From: Pseudomonadota bacterium
GTDB taxonomy: Bacteria > Pseudomonadota > Alphaproteobacteria > Rhizobiales > Hyphomicrobiaceae
Direction: 5' to 3'
Length of the DNA: 36,957 nucleotides
Assembly: GCA_039817205.1 (NCBI GenBank)
Contig: JBCBWG010000001.1
Span: forward strand, 1 to 36,957
Below the pieces are notes generated by a model. That model was given only the letters and a program-made list of their open reading frames with translations. It had not been told where the DNA came from and did not search any database. Shown piece after piece: positions 1 through 9,136 of this stretch (position 1 is its first letter; every line of letters begins with the position of its first letter). The translations under genes were made by a program, and so were the position numbers.

Positions 1-25
1 CTCTAACCACCTGAGCTACTCCGCC
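1..25 (-). tRNA. 5' part of a tRNA gene running off the left edge (isotype not determinable)
   Basis: The reverse complement of 1-25 reads GGCGGAG-TA-GCTC-AGGTGGTTAGAG. That is a 7-nt acceptor arm, U8/A9, the D-stem GCTC and a canonical D-loop. The anticodon lies outside the window. Confidence 0.6.
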
Positions 26-42
26 TGCCCGTTGGACGTCGG

Positions 43-72
43 TGTGTAGGTGGGGTCGCGGTTGGGTGTCAA
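43..72 (-). promoter_or_regulatory. Possible sigma-70-type promoter for the tRNA gene
   Basis: The minus strand reads TTGACA (72-67), a 17-nt spacer, then CTACAC (49-44), about 20 nt upstream of the tRNA 5' end. The -10 element is weak. Confidence 0.3.
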
Positions 73-156
73 GCGGTTGTTCGGTTGAGGCGCCTATGTG
101 GTCTCGGCCGCCCGCCGCGACCGATGAGGTGGGCCGTACGCAAGACCGCATTGGGC

Positions 157-1635
157 TTAGAACCGGAACTGGAGTTGGCCGACGAGATAGTCGAACCGGG
201 CGGCCGAGAGTGCGGCGACGCTACCTCTTGGGACGCCGTGGACGTAGTCAAGCTTCCAGGTGACCGCGTTGGTCAGGCGGCCGCGCATGCCCGCCTCCCA
301 TAAGGTTGCAACGGCACCCGCCTCGCCGACGCCAGCTGGCACGAGCGTGCTGAAGCCCGGCCCGTAGACCGCGTCTTCGCGGCGCATTCGGTAGAGAAGG
401 TCCACGCCCGCGTGAAACGTCAGGCCGCGAACGGGCGTAACTTCGAACGTGATCCCAGCGTCCGAAAGATTGGTCGGCGTGAACACGGATGCGCGCGTGT
501 AGTAAGACAGGTTCGGGTAAAGCGGATTGAACGTCCCGAGCGTGCCATCGCCAGGGTCGCCGTCGCCGCTTGTGACCATGCCCTGAAGACGGATCGCTGG
601 CTCCCAGGGTATCTCGCGCCACTGGTACTTCGCTTCACCGATCACCGCCCAGGCACGGACGTCCTGCGCGGCAAAGGTGCCGAACTGAGCCGCTCCGAGG
701 ACATCATACGAGAACGCCCCGGCCCCGAGCGGCATCCGGCCGTGCCAGCGCGCGGCAAGCGTGTGTCGCGCGTCGCGCCCACGAAGACCCGCAAGCCGCG
801 CGGCCTCATCTTCGCGATAGAGGTAGATGAGATCCGTGCCACCCCCAGCTGGCGCAAACCAAGGCGTCTGCCAATAGCTGCCGATGATGAGCTCCGTCTC
901 GTCCGCCTTCTGCTTGAACGCGCGGCGGTCGAGTGCCATCGGGCGGCCGGCAAAGAAGTTGAGGCGATGGCCGCGGGCTGGCGTAAGGTTGAGCCGCAGC
1001 GCATCGTAAACGCGCCGAATGTTGGGACCTTCCCGGACGGCGAGGAGACGGGACCGGCCGAACGAGATCTCCTGGCGGCCCGCACGCAGCACCGGTTGCC
1101 AGACCGCACCCTCCGGCCGGATATCGAGAAACGCCTGTTGAATATCGGGATCACTTGCGTCGATGGCCCGCGCGCGCGGCACCCGGCCGTCTTCGAAATA
1201 GGTGCCCAGCTGAAAGAATGCACGCACCGACGACCCTAATCGCAAATTGGCGTGGAGCTCAAAGCGGTGGGCAATGCTGGTGAAGTCGAAGTCCGGACGC
1301 GTCCGATTGAAGAGCGCGTCGTCCAGCTGCTCGAAACGAAGCCGGTACTGCCCACCGACGTCCAAACGGATGGCCGGGTGGAAGATCGGCACATGCTTGA
1401 CGTGCTCAAGCCCGACGCGCGGTCGCTCCAGATCGTCGATATAGTCGTAGCGTTCCTGCCAGCGGAACCAGCGAATTTGTTTGGCGGCTCGGGTTAGATC
1501 GGCATCGGTTGCATGCGCGACATCGCTCGTGTGCAGCACCAAAAGCAAGGTCAAGCCGAGCGCGAGCCATGCGTTCGTTTTGCGCAGTTTCACTTGCGCC
1601 TGAGTGCGAGCCGTCTCAGCCGACGGCCGCGACAT
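157..1635 (-). CDS. Outer-membrane beta-barrel protein, alginate-export/porin-like family
   Basis: Signal peptide ([27 protein letters not shown]). Alternating beta-strand-like sequence throughout. [24 protein letters not shown] motif resembles alginate-export-type barrels. The C-terminus is ...QLQFRF, with the terminal Phe typical of OMPs. The start is ambiguous: ATG at 1635 overlaps ureG by 20 nt, and GTG at 1593 gives a more typical signal peptide. Confidence 0.75.
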   Translation of the reverse strand: MSRPSAETARTQAQVKLRKTNAWLALGLTLLLVLHTSDVAHATDADLTRAAKQIRWFRWQERYDYIDDLERPRVGLEHVKHVPIFHPAIRLDVGGQYRLRFEQLDDALFNRTRPDFDFTSIAHRFELHANLRLGSSVRAFFQLGTYFEDGRVPRARAIDASDPDIQQAFLDIRPEGAVWQPVLRAGRQEISFGRSRLLAVREGPNIRRVYDALRLNLTPARGHRLNFFAGRPMALDRRAFKQKADETELIIGSYWQTPWFAPAGGGTDLIYLYREDEAARLAGLRGRDARHTLAARWHGRMPLGAGAFSYDVLGAAQFGTFAAQDVRAWAVIGEAKYQWREIPWEPAIRLQGMVTSGDGDPGDGTLGTFNPLYPNLSYYTRASVFTPTNLSDAGITFEVTPVRGLTFHAGVDLLYRMRREDAVYGPGFSTLVPAGVGEAGAVATLWEAGMRGRLTNAVTWKLDYVHGVPRGSVAALSAARFDYLVGQLQFRF

Positions 1636-2263
1636 CAGCGGCTGGCAGCTCAAGCGCGCCCGCGTCTTCCAGAAACGCAATGATCGCATCGAGGCCATCC
1701 TCAAAATGGCGCGCAGTTGTCACCACCGGTCGACCATCACGGGCCGCTTCGGCATCGGCGCGCATTCCGGCCGGGTCGACGCCAACGTAAGGTGCGAGAT
1801 CTGCTTTGTTGATGACGAGCAAATCTGATCGCGTGATCCCGGGGCCGCGCTTGCGAGGAATATCGTCGCCCTGCGCTGTGTCGATGACATAAATCGTCAG
1901 GTCGGCGAGATCGGGCGAGAATGTTGCCGCGAGGTTGTCGCCACCGGACTCGATCAGGACGAGTGCGAGATCGGGATGCGTGCGCCGGAGGTCGGCGATG
2001 GCTGCAAGATTGATCGAACAGTCTTCGCGGATCGCTGTGTGTGGGCAGCCACCCGTTTCGACGCCGACGACACGGTTGGACGGGAGCACCTGCGCGCGCA
2101 TCAAGGCCTCGGCGTCTTCGCGCGTGTAGATATCATTGGTGATCACCGCCATGTCGATGCGTGCGGCAAGCGCGCGCGCCAAGGCAATCGTCAGCGTCGT
2201 CTTGCCGACGCCGACGGGTCCGCCAATCCCAACCCGCAAAGGTCCGTTCAGTGATGCGCTCAT
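1616..2263 (-). CDS. ureG: Urease accessory GTPase UreG
   Basis: P-loop [17 protein letters not shown] and NKADL motifs. Length 215 aa. The ATG overlaps the upstream stop codon (ATGA). Confidence 0.95.
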   Translation of the reverse strand: MSASLNGPLRVGIGGPVGVGKTTLTIALARALAARIDMAVITNDIYTREDAEALMRAQVLPSNRVVGVETGGCPHTAIREDCSINLAAIADLRRTHPDLALVLIESGGDNLAATFSPDLADLTIYVIDTAQGDDIPRKRGPGITRSDLLVINKADLAPYVGVDPAGMRADAEAARDGRPVVTTARHFEDGLDAIIAFLEDAGALELPAADVAAVG

Positions 2264-2640
2264 GACTTGACCTCGTCGAACACTTCAAGCGCCGCATTAA
2301 GCCCGTTGATGGCAGCTGGAAATCCACCGTAAAGCGCCATCTGCCAGATCGCTTCGCCGATTTCGCGCTCGCTCGCGCCGGCTTCAAGCGCAGCCTTGAT
2401 GTTCACCTTCAGCTGCGGCCGGGTCTGCCCACCGAGCGCTGTTAGCGCGCCGACCGTGACAAGCCAACGTGTCTTCTCATCAAGGCCCTCACGGCCGTAT
2501 TGCTGCCCCCACGCAAAGTCGACGACCGACTTCGACAGCCCCGGCACGAGATCGCCGTAGCGTTTCTCCAAGGCCGCTTCCATACCGGGATTGAACCGCT
2601 CTGACAGCGTCTGCCCCAACTTGTACGTCTCATCCGTCAT
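2260..2640 (-). CDS. Carboxymuconolactone decarboxylase (CMD/AhpD-like fold) family protein
   Basis: 126 aa counted from the internal ATG at 2640 (MTDETYKLG...). The CMD-like core reads [31 protein letters not shown]...[26 protein letters not shown] overlaps occur with both the ureF stop (2637-2640) and the ureG start (2260-2263). The longer ORF-track start at 2748 would lie inside ureF. Confidence 0.75.
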   Translation of the reverse strand: MTDETYKLGQTLSERFNPGMEAALEKRYGDLVPGLSKSVVDFAWGQQYGREGLDEKTRWLVTVGALTALGGQTRPQLKVNIKAALEAGASEREIGEAIWQMALYGGFPAAINGLNAALEVFDEVKS

Positions 2641-3305
2641 GACTGGAACAGCCTCGTGGGTTCGGTTTCGTGCCGCATCGACGCGATGTCCACGGCGAAC
2701 GTGGCACTCGCCAGATCCTCTTCTGATGCCTCTAAGGCGCTTTGGCACATGCCGCTAATCGCGACGGCCAAACGCGCTTGGATGCGCACGCCATCATACT
2801 GGCCGATGACCGATAAGCGAATGCCAGCGGCGATGAGATTGGCGATCGTGGCGTTGGTCATCGCAATGAGCGTCGGCTCGATTGGCAGATGGATCGCGCG
2901 CGCCGACACGCCTGCTGCAACCGGATAGCTGACGGGATCGGATCCGAATGCATCGAAGACGGCTTGTGTTTGTGGCCAACCGGTATTGACGGCCTGACGG
3001 AAGTTGGCGCCGAGTTGCGCGGTCTCGCGGGCACGCTCGGCCGACGGTTGCAGCGCCAGCGCAAGATCATTGAGCCGGCATCGCTCGTCGGGTGCATCGC
3101 TTTGGTAGGCGCGCGCGCACACGATGGCATCGTTGCGCAAGCTGCCATGGACCACGAGCGTTTCGAGCCAGGATAAGAACGCGATTGCGTCACGAACGGT
3201 GCCGTCGCTCACGGCTGTTTCGAGGCCCTGGCTGAAGGCAAAGCCGCCGGTCGGGAAGGACGGTGAGAACCAGGTCAGAAGCGCCGATGGCCAGGCCTCA
3301 GTCAT
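2637..3305 (-). CDS. ureF: Urease accessory protein UreF
   Basis: From the ATG at 3305 the product begins [29 protein letters not shown], the UreF signature. The 53 codons upstream in the ORF track read the complementary frame of the UreE His-rich tail and are judged non-coding for UreF. Confidence 0.85.
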   Translation of the reverse strand: MTEAWPSALLTWFSPSFPTGGFAFSQGLETAVSDGTVRDAIAFLSWLETLVVHGSLRNDAIVCARAYQSDAPDERCRLNDLALALQPSAERARETAQLGANFRQAVNTGWPQTQAVFDAFGSDPVSYPVAAGVSARAIHLPIEPTLIAMTNATIANLIAAGIRLSVIGQYDGVRIQARLAVAISGMCQSALEASEEDLASATFAVDIASMRHETEPTRLFQS

Positions 3306-3843
3306 GGCGGCCTGATCCGTTGCCGTGACCATGGGTGTGCCCCTGACCATCGCTGCTGGGCCCGTGACTGTGGGTGTGCTCGTGACTATGGCTGTGCCCC
3401 TGACTGTGGGTGTGCGCGTGTCGATGATAGGCACCACGCTCTGGCTGAAAGGGCGCTGTGACATCTGTGATGTCGGCGTTGAGACCCTTCAGCATGTCGA
3501 CGATCACGTGGTCCTGCTGGATCCGAATGCAGTCGGCATGGATTTCCGCTGGCAGGTGCCGGTTTCCGATATGCCAGGCGAGAACGGTGAGAGCGCGCGC
3601 GGTGTCTGCCCGGATTTCGATCAAGGGTTCCGACTTGGCTTTGATCTCGATCGACCGGCCATCCTCGAGCACAAGGCGATCACCATCGCTAAGCTGGCGC
3701 GATTCAGGCAAATCAACGAGCACGCGCTCGCCTGTGTCGAGGGTCAGCACTTTCCGGCGAAGGTGACGCTCGCCACTGTCGAGCAGAACGTTGGCTGACG
3801 CAGGCCCATTGTGGTCTTTGGAAACGTCGGTGACCTTCAGCAA
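3298..3843 (-). CDS. ureE: Urease accessory metallochaperone UreE with His-rich C-terminal tail
   Basis: UreE-like N-terminal and central domains (AWHIGNRHLPAEI). 14 His in the last ~42 residues (HRHAHTHSQGHSHSHEHTHSH...GHTHGH). Confidence 0.9.
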   Translation of the reverse strand: MLKVTDVSKDHNGPASANVLLDSGERHLRRKVLTLDTGERVLVDLPESRQLSDGDRLVLEDGRSIEIKAKSEPLIEIRADTARALTVLAWHIGNRHLPAEIHADCIRIQQDHVIVDMLKGLNADITDVTAPFQPERGAYHRHAHTHSQGHSHSHEHTHSHGPSSDGQGHTHGHGNGSGRHD

Positions 3844-3852
3844 ATCAGCCTC

Positions 3853-5568
3853 TTAAAATAGGAAATAGCGTTGCGCCATCGGCAGCTCTTTCGCCGGCTC
3901 GCAGGTCAGCAATTCACCGTCCGCGCGCACTTCGTAGGTCTCCGGATGCACCTCAAGCTTCGGCGTTGCATCGTTGAGCACCATCGACTTTTTCGAGATA
4001 CCGCCGCGGACATTTTCAACCGCAACGCACTCTTTCTGAAGCCCGTAAAGGTCGCTGACATTGGCTTCCATGGCAGCCGCTGAGACGAAGGTCACCGACG
4101 TCGCCTCCATCGCACGCCCGAAGGCGCCAAACATCGGCCGGTAGTGCACCGGTTGCGGTGTCGGGATGGATGCGTTCGGGTCACCCATTTGCGCCGCCGC
4201 GATGGCCCCACCCTTGATGACAAGGTCTGGTTTCACGCCGAAGAACGCGGGCGACCAGAGACAAAGATCGGCCATCTTGCCGACTTCGACCGAGCCAATA
4301 TGCTTCGACATCCCGTGAGAAATCGCCGGGTTGATGGTGTATTTGGCGATATAGCGTTTGACCCGCAGGTTGTCGTTGTCACCGGTCTCGCCATCGAGTT
4401 TGCCGCGCTGAACCTTCATCTTGTGCGCAGTTTGCCAAGTTCGAATGATCACCTCGCCAACACGCCCCATGGCTTGGCTGTCGGATGCGATCATCGACAG
4501 CGCACCCATGTCGTGAAGGATGTCTTCGGCAGCAATCGTCTCTTTACGAATGCGGCTTTCCGCGAACGCTAGATCCTCGGCAATCGACGGATCGAGGTGG
4601 TGACAAACCATCAGCATATCGAGGTGTTCATCGATGGTGTTGACCGTGAACGGGCGCGTCGGGTTCGTGGACGATGGCAAAACATTGCCGAGCCCCGCGA
4701 CCTTGATGATGTCGGGGGCGTGGCCGCCGCCGGCACCTTCGGTGTGGAACGCGTGGATCGTCCGGTCTTTGAAAGCGCCAACCGTGTCGTCGACATAGCC
4801 GCTCTCGTTCAGCGTATCGGTGTGGATCATCACCTGGATGTCGTAGTCGTCGGCCACCGAGAGGCACGTGTCGATGGCGGCAGGCGTCGTCCCCCAATCC
4901 TCGTGCAGCTTCAACGCGCACGCCCCGGCTTTGATCTGCTCGACCAGTGGCAGGCGCTGCGATGCGTTGCCCTTGCCTGAGAGGGCAAGGTTGACGGGGA
5001 AAGCATCGGCTGCCTGCAACATCGTTGCGATGTGCCAAGCGCCAGGCGTGCAGGTCGTTGCGTTCGTCCCCGTTGCCGGGCCCGTTCCCCCGCCGAGCAT
5101 GGTCGTCACGCCCGACATGAGCGCTTCTTCGATTTGCTGCGGGCAAATGAAATGGATGTGGGCGTCGAAGGCGCCGGCCGTCAGGATTTTGCCTTCGCCC
5201 GCAATCGCCTCAGTCGACGGGCCGATGATGATCGATACGTCCGGCTGAATGTCGGGGTTTCCGGCCTTCCCGATGCCGACGATCCGGCCATCTCTCAAAC
5301 CCACATCGGCTTTGATGATCCCAACCATCGCATCAACGATGAGCGCGTTGGTGATGACCGTATCCACCGCACCGTCGGCACGGCTGACTTGGCTCTGCCC
5401 CATGCCGTCGCGAATGACTTTACCGCCGCCGAACTTCACCTCTTCGCCGTAGGTCGTGTGGTCGGCCTCGACCTCGATAAACAACTCCGTATCTGCGAGG
5501 CGGACCTTGTCGCCAACGGTTGGGCCAAACATGTCGGCGTAAACGGAGCGTGCGATCTTTGCGGCCAT
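3853..5568 (-). CDS. ureC: Urease alpha subunit
   Basis: 571 aa. Motifs [20 protein letters not shown] and [15 protein letters not shown], typical of the nickel active-site subunit. Confidence 0.97.
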   Translation of the reverse strand: MAAKIARSVYADMFGPTVGDKVRLADTELFIEVEADHTTYGEEVKFGGGKVIRDGMGQSQVSRADGAVDTVITNALIVDAMVGIIKADVGLRDGRIVGIGKAGNPDIQPDVSIIIGPSTEAIAGEGKILTAGAFDAHIHFICPQQIEEALMSGVTTMLGGGTGPATGTNATTCTPGAWHIATMLQAADAFPVNLALSGKGNASQRLPLVEQIKAGACALKLHEDWGTTPAAIDTCLSVADDYDIQVMIHTDTLNESGYVDDTVGAFKDRTIHAFHTEGAGGGHAPDIIKVAGLGNVLPSSTNPTRPFTVNTIDEHLDMLMVCHHLDPSIAEDLAFAESRIRKETIAAEDILHDMGALSMIASDSQAMGRVGEVIIRTWQTAHKMKVQRGKLDGETGDNDNLRVKRYIAKYTINPAISHGMSKHIGSVEVGKMADLCLWSPAFFGVKPDLVIKGGAIAAAQMGDPNASIPTPQPVHYRPMFGAFGRAMEATSVTFVSAAAMEANVSDLYGLQKECVAVENVRGGISKKSMVLNDATPKLEVHPETYEVRADGELLTCEPAKELPMAQRYFLF

Positions 5569-5618
5569 AGCGGTTCGTCTTTCAAACGGTTGATCTCACG
5601 CCGAGGCGTCAGTTTTCG

Positions 5619-6053
5619 TCAGCGCGTCGTTGTTTTCAAAATGGCGCGCAGCTCATCTGTCCGCCGCATCGTCAAGGTTGCGGCACAACTGGAAAAGAGA
5701 CCACGCTCCATCGAGCCGCCGCGCGCGGACGAGGCTTCGACATCGCAGTGGCCATCACGGTAGGCGATCCATCCGCGCTGGCCTTCAACCAACGAGGTTT
5801 CAGCGCTTTTGAAATCCGGCCCAAGTTCGTGGTCTTGTTTTCGAAGCGCAGCTCGAACTTGGCCGTAGATCCGATTGAGATCCCGATCAGCGCGTTGCCA
5901 ATCCTGTCCGGCGCAGGCATCCATCGCCGCTTGCGTTTGAGGATCGTTACAGTCGAGCGGTTGGGCTTTGGCCGTCGCGACATATGCAAGCGTGAGGACA
6001 CCCACGCCCCCCGCAATCGCGACGGCAATCGAAAACCAACCCGCGCTAGACAT
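5619..6053 (-). CDS. Exported DUF1311 / LprI-like (lysozyme-inhibitor fold) protein
   Basis: N-terminal hydrophobic signal or anchor ([25 protein letters not shown]). Four Cys. Motifs LNRIYGQV...AL and [12 protein letters not shown] are typical of DUF1311. The ATG at 6053 overlaps the ureB stop by 8 nt, with a GAGGTG Shine-Dalgarno (SD) motif upstream. Confidence 0.65.
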   Translation of the reverse strand: MSSAGWFSIAVAIAGGVGVLTLAYVATAKAQPLDCNDPQTQAAMDACAGQDWQRADRDLNRIYGQVRAALRKQDHELGPDFKSAETSLVEGQRGWIAYRDGHCDVEASSARGGSMERGLFSSCAATLTMRRTDELRAILKTTTR

Positions 6054-6351
6054 CACCCATCACCTCGCCGCGGAAGCCGTAGATCTTGTTGGCACCGGCC
6101 ATCGCAACGAGCGTGACCGATCGCGACTGGCCGGGCTCGAAACGCACAGCGGTGCCCGCTGGAATATCGAGGCGAAACCCGCGCGTCTTGGCGCGATCAA
6201 AGGACAGCGCCGAATTGGTCTCAAAAAAGTGGTAGTGACTACCAACCTGGATCGGTCGGTCGCCTGTGTTTGAAACCTCAACCGAAACCGTCGCGCGGCC
6301 TTGGTTGATCTCGATCTCGCCGTCTTTGGGGATCACTTCACCAGGGGTCAT
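6046..6351 (-). CDS. ureB: Urease beta subunit
   Basis: 101 aa, MTPGEV...[19 protein letters not shown]. Confidence 0.95.
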   Translation of the reverse strand: MTPGEVIPKDGEIEINQGRATVSVEVSNTGDRPIQVGSHYHFFETNSALSFDRAKTRGFRLDIPAGTAVRFEPGQSRSVTLVAMAGANKIYGFRGEVMGDV

Positions 6352-6363
6352 GAACGCCTCCTC

Positions 6364-6666
6364 TTAGCGGATCGGATCGTGGACGGTGACGAGCTTCGTG
6401 CCGTCGGGAAATGTCGCCTCGACCTGGACGTCGTGGATCATGTCGGCGATGCCATCCATAACCTGATCGCGGCTGATCACTTCGGCGCCCGCCTGCATCA
6501 GGTCTGAGACCGAACGGCCATCGCGTGCGCCTTCGACGACAAAGTCGCTGATCAGCGCGATCGCTTCCGGGTAATTGAGCTTCACGCCGCGTTCGAGGCG
6601 CCGACGCGCGACCATCGCTGCGGTTGCAACGAGCAATTTGTCTTTTTCTCGGGGCGTCAAATTCAT
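6364..6666 (-). CDS. ureA: Urease gamma subunit
   Basis: 100 aa, [12 protein letters not shown]...[10 protein letters not shown]. Confidence 0.95.
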   Translation of the reverse strand: MNLTPREKDKLLVATAAMVARRRLERGVKLNYPEAIALISDFVVEGARDGRSVSDLMQAGAEVISRDQVMDGIADMIHDVQVEATFPDGTKLVTVHDPIR

Positions 6667-6681
6667 GAGTGAAGCAATCCG

Positions 6682-7575
6682 TTAGCAGTTCCAAACGCGC
6701 GGGAGTGCGCAGCCGGTTAAAGCGGGGAGCGCCTGCTCAAGCGCGGTGCGCACATCCTGTCCTGAGCGACCGAGCAAGCGGACAACAAGTTTTCCGTCCC
6801 ATCGGCTGACGCCAGATGTCACCGGCTGCCGTCCGAGGATCGCTCGCGTTGACGCAAGAGCGGCATCGACCTGCGGGCCAACGACGACCACAGTTGACAT
6901 GGCCGCCGCGCCCCCTGCAACGGCTGCCACATCCAACGTTTGGCTTATCGCACCGTCAAGCAAAACGGCTTCAGCATGCACGAGACGACCGTCGCGCTTG
7001 ATCTGCCAGCGATCCTGAAAGCGGCCACTCGAGACGACCTCGCCCCGCGCCTTGCGCCCAAAGATGACCGTTTCGGCAATCACCAGGGTGGCATCGCGGC
7101 CGAGCGTTACATCGATCGTGCGTTCGATGCGCGCCCCGTCAAACATAATCGTCTCTTGCGGCAGCCAGAGGAGCGAGGCGCCGTCACCGATTTTGAGAGA
7201 GGTCGAATAGCGCGCAGGCGCAAGGCTGTTCGCGCGGTAAATCCGTTCGGCGGCCGGTGACGTGACGACCGCATCGGTGCCGTCGTCGGCTTCCACATCA
7301 ATCGCGATGCGATCGCCGCTTGCGATACCGCCGCCTGTGTTGACGATGGCGACCTCAAGAACGCCAGGGCGGTTTGGGACGCGGAGCTTATAGCCATCGC
7401 GTTCTACCCGGCGAGAAGCGAAGGATTGGTCTCCGCGTCGTGCAATTTTGAGGTCAACACCCCCTGCAACGCGGATCGCGACCAACGGGTCCGTCGCGTT
7501 CGTAGCCGCCGCATGAGTTGGCCCACCACCTCGCGATCGCGGCGCGGGTTCAGACGGACAGGTGACGTCGTACAT
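6682..7575 (-). CDS. ureD: Urease accessory protein UreD
   Basis: Position directly upstream of ureA. UreD-like core (NTGGGIASGDRI, LWLPQETI). The start is set at the ATG at 7575, which overlaps the urtE end by 26 nt. The ORF-track start at 7776 would lie deep inside urtE. Start uncertain. Confidence 0.8.
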   Translation of the reverse strand: MYDVTCPSEPAPRSRGGGPTHAAATNATDPLVAIRVAGGVDLKIARRGDQSFASRRVERDGYKLRVPNRPGVLEVAIVNTGGGIASGDRIAIDVEADDGTDAVVTSPAAERIYRANSLAPARYSTSLKIGDGASLLWLPQETIMFDGARIERTIDVTLGRDATLVIAETVIFGRKARGEVVSSGRFQDRWQIKRDGRLVHAEAVLLDGAISQTLDVAAVAGGAAAMSTVVVVGPQVDAALASTRAILGRQPVTSGVSRWDGKLVVRLLGRSGQDVRTALEQALPALTGCALPRVWNC

Positions 7576-8245
7576 GCGCCTCGTCCATATCTGACCGGGC
7601 CCCTGCGAGAACCACCTGCCCGCGATCGAGAACGGCATAGCGGTTGGCGAGATCGCGGGCGAACTCGAAGTACTGCTCAACAAGCACGATGGCCATTCCA
7701 CCCTGCTGGCGCAAGTAGTCGATGGCACGACCAATGTCCTTGATGATCGACGGCTGAATGCCCTCGGTCGGCTCATCGAGCACCAGAAGCTTGGGCCGCA
7801 TCACCATGGCACGGCCGATCGCAAGTTGCTGTTGCTGCCCGCCGGAAAGGTCGCCGCCACGCCGGTTCAGCATGTCAGCCAGCACGGGAAACAGCTCGAA
7901 CACCTGTTCTGGCACATGGCGCTCAGACGAAGGCGCTGCCGAAAAACCGGTTTCAAGGTTCTCACGCACGGTCAGCAGCGGGAAGATCTCGCGCCCCTGA
8001 GGGACGATCGCGACGCCCTGGCGGGCCCGCACGTGTTGCGGTGCGCGTGAGATATCTTTGGAGTCCCACACAATACGACCGCCGGAAATCGGATGCTGGC
8101 CAACGATTGCTCTCAAAAGGCTCGTCTTGCCGACGCCATTGCGACCAAGCACGCAGGTCACCTCCCCGACGGCTGCGTTCAGAGAGACGCCCCGCAATGC
8201 TTGTGCAGCTCCGTAGTGTAAATCGATCTGCTCGACTTCGAGCAT
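7550..8245 (-). CDS. urtE: Urea ABC transporter ATP-binding protein UrtE
   Basis: Walker A GRNGVGKTS, signature LSGGQQQ, Walker B LLVLDEP. 231 aa. Last gene of a urtABCDE order. Confidence 0.9.
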   Translation of the reverse strand: MLEVEQIDLHYGAAQALRGVSLNAAVGEVTCVLGRNGVGKTSLLRAIVGQHPISGGRIVWDSKDISRAPQHVRARQGVAIVPQGREIFPLLTVRENLETGFSAAPSSERHVPEQVFELFPVLADMLNRRGGDLSGGQQQQLAIGRAMVMRPKLLVLDEPTEGIQPSIIKDIGRAIDYLRQQGGMAIVLVEQYFEFARDLANRYAVLDRGQVVLAGARSDMDEAHVRRHLSV

Positions 8246-8374
8246 GGTGTTCCCTCTTGTTTTCGCGCACGGCGCGCGCCGGTCTCACGGCCTGTGCATC
8301 CGCGGGGGCGCCGCTTTCGCCGGGCCGAAGTCGTCGTCTGGGTCGCTCGGTCCTGGTTGCGGTGCGTCTCCCGT

Positions 8375-9136
8375 TCAGCGGCCGAGGTAGACCTCGATGA
8401 CGCGCTCGTTCGAGGAGACAGCATCAATTGACCCTTCGGCCAACACGCTTCCCTCGTGCAGGCACGTCACCTTGACGCCGAGGTCGCGCACGAAGGCCAT
8501 GTCGTGCTCCACCACCACAACCGAATGGGTCTGTGCGATATCGCGAAGCAAGCGTGCGGTCTCTTCCGTTTCGCTGTCCGTCATGCCAGCCACCGGCTCA
8601 TCAACCAGAAGCAATTTCGGGTCTTGCGCGAGCAACATCGCAATCTCGAGCCACTGCTTTTGCCCGTGACTGAGATCACCTGCCGGTCGATCGCGATGGT
8701 CCATGAGCCGTGCGCGCGTCAACACGGCATCAATCTCATCGTCCTGGATCTGGTTGCGCGAACCAAACAGCGCTGACCATGCCGTGCGCTCGCCCGCCAG
8801 CGCCAGGCGGATATTGTCGGCCGCCGTATGGCTCTCGAAGACGGTCGGCTTTTGGAATTTTCGACCGATCCCCAGGTTGGCGATCGCCGCCTCATCAAGC
8901 TCAGTCAGATCATGCCGACCATCAAACAGGACCGTGCCCGTATCCGGCGCGGTCTTGCCTGTGATGACGTCCATCATTGTTGTTTTGCCAGCCCCGTTCG
9001 GGCCGATGATCGCGCGCATTTCTCCGGGCTCAACCACAAACGACAAACTGTTGAGCGCTTTAAACCCGTCGAACGCAACGCTGACGTCGTCGAGGTAGAG
9101 AACCGTGTGAGTTTGGATCGGGCCGCTGTCGAGCAT
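8375..9136 (-). CDS. urtD: Urea ABC transporter ATP-binding protein UrtD
   Basis: Walker A GPNGAGKTT, signature LSHGQKQ, Walker B LLLVDEP. The start overlaps the urtC stop by 1 nt (TAATG). Confidence 0.9.
   Translation of the reverse strand: MLDSGPIQTHTVLYLDDVSVAFDGFKALNSLSFVVEPGEMRAIIGPNGAGKTTMMDVITGKTAPDTGTVLFDGRHDLTELDEAAIANLGIGRKFQKPTVFESHTAADNIRLALAGERTAWSALFGSRNQIQDDEIDAVLTRARLMDHRDRPAGDLSHGQKQWLEIAMLLAQDPKLLLVDEPVAGMTDSETEETARLLRDIAQTHSVVVVEHDMAFVRDLGVKVTCLHEGSVLAEGSIDAVSSNERVIEVYLGR

Noticed and set aside
412-1239. 275-aa plus-strand ORF, plus other shadow ORFs over the OMP gene
   Set aside because: It is antisense to a frame with a signal peptide and an OMP C-terminal Phe. The product has an Arg-rich, artefact-like composition.
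7576-7776. Long N-terminal extension of the ureD ORF
   Set aside because: It would overlap about 225 nt of urtE in another frame. The sequence is Ser/Pro-rich and unlike UreD, so the internal ATG at 7575 was used.
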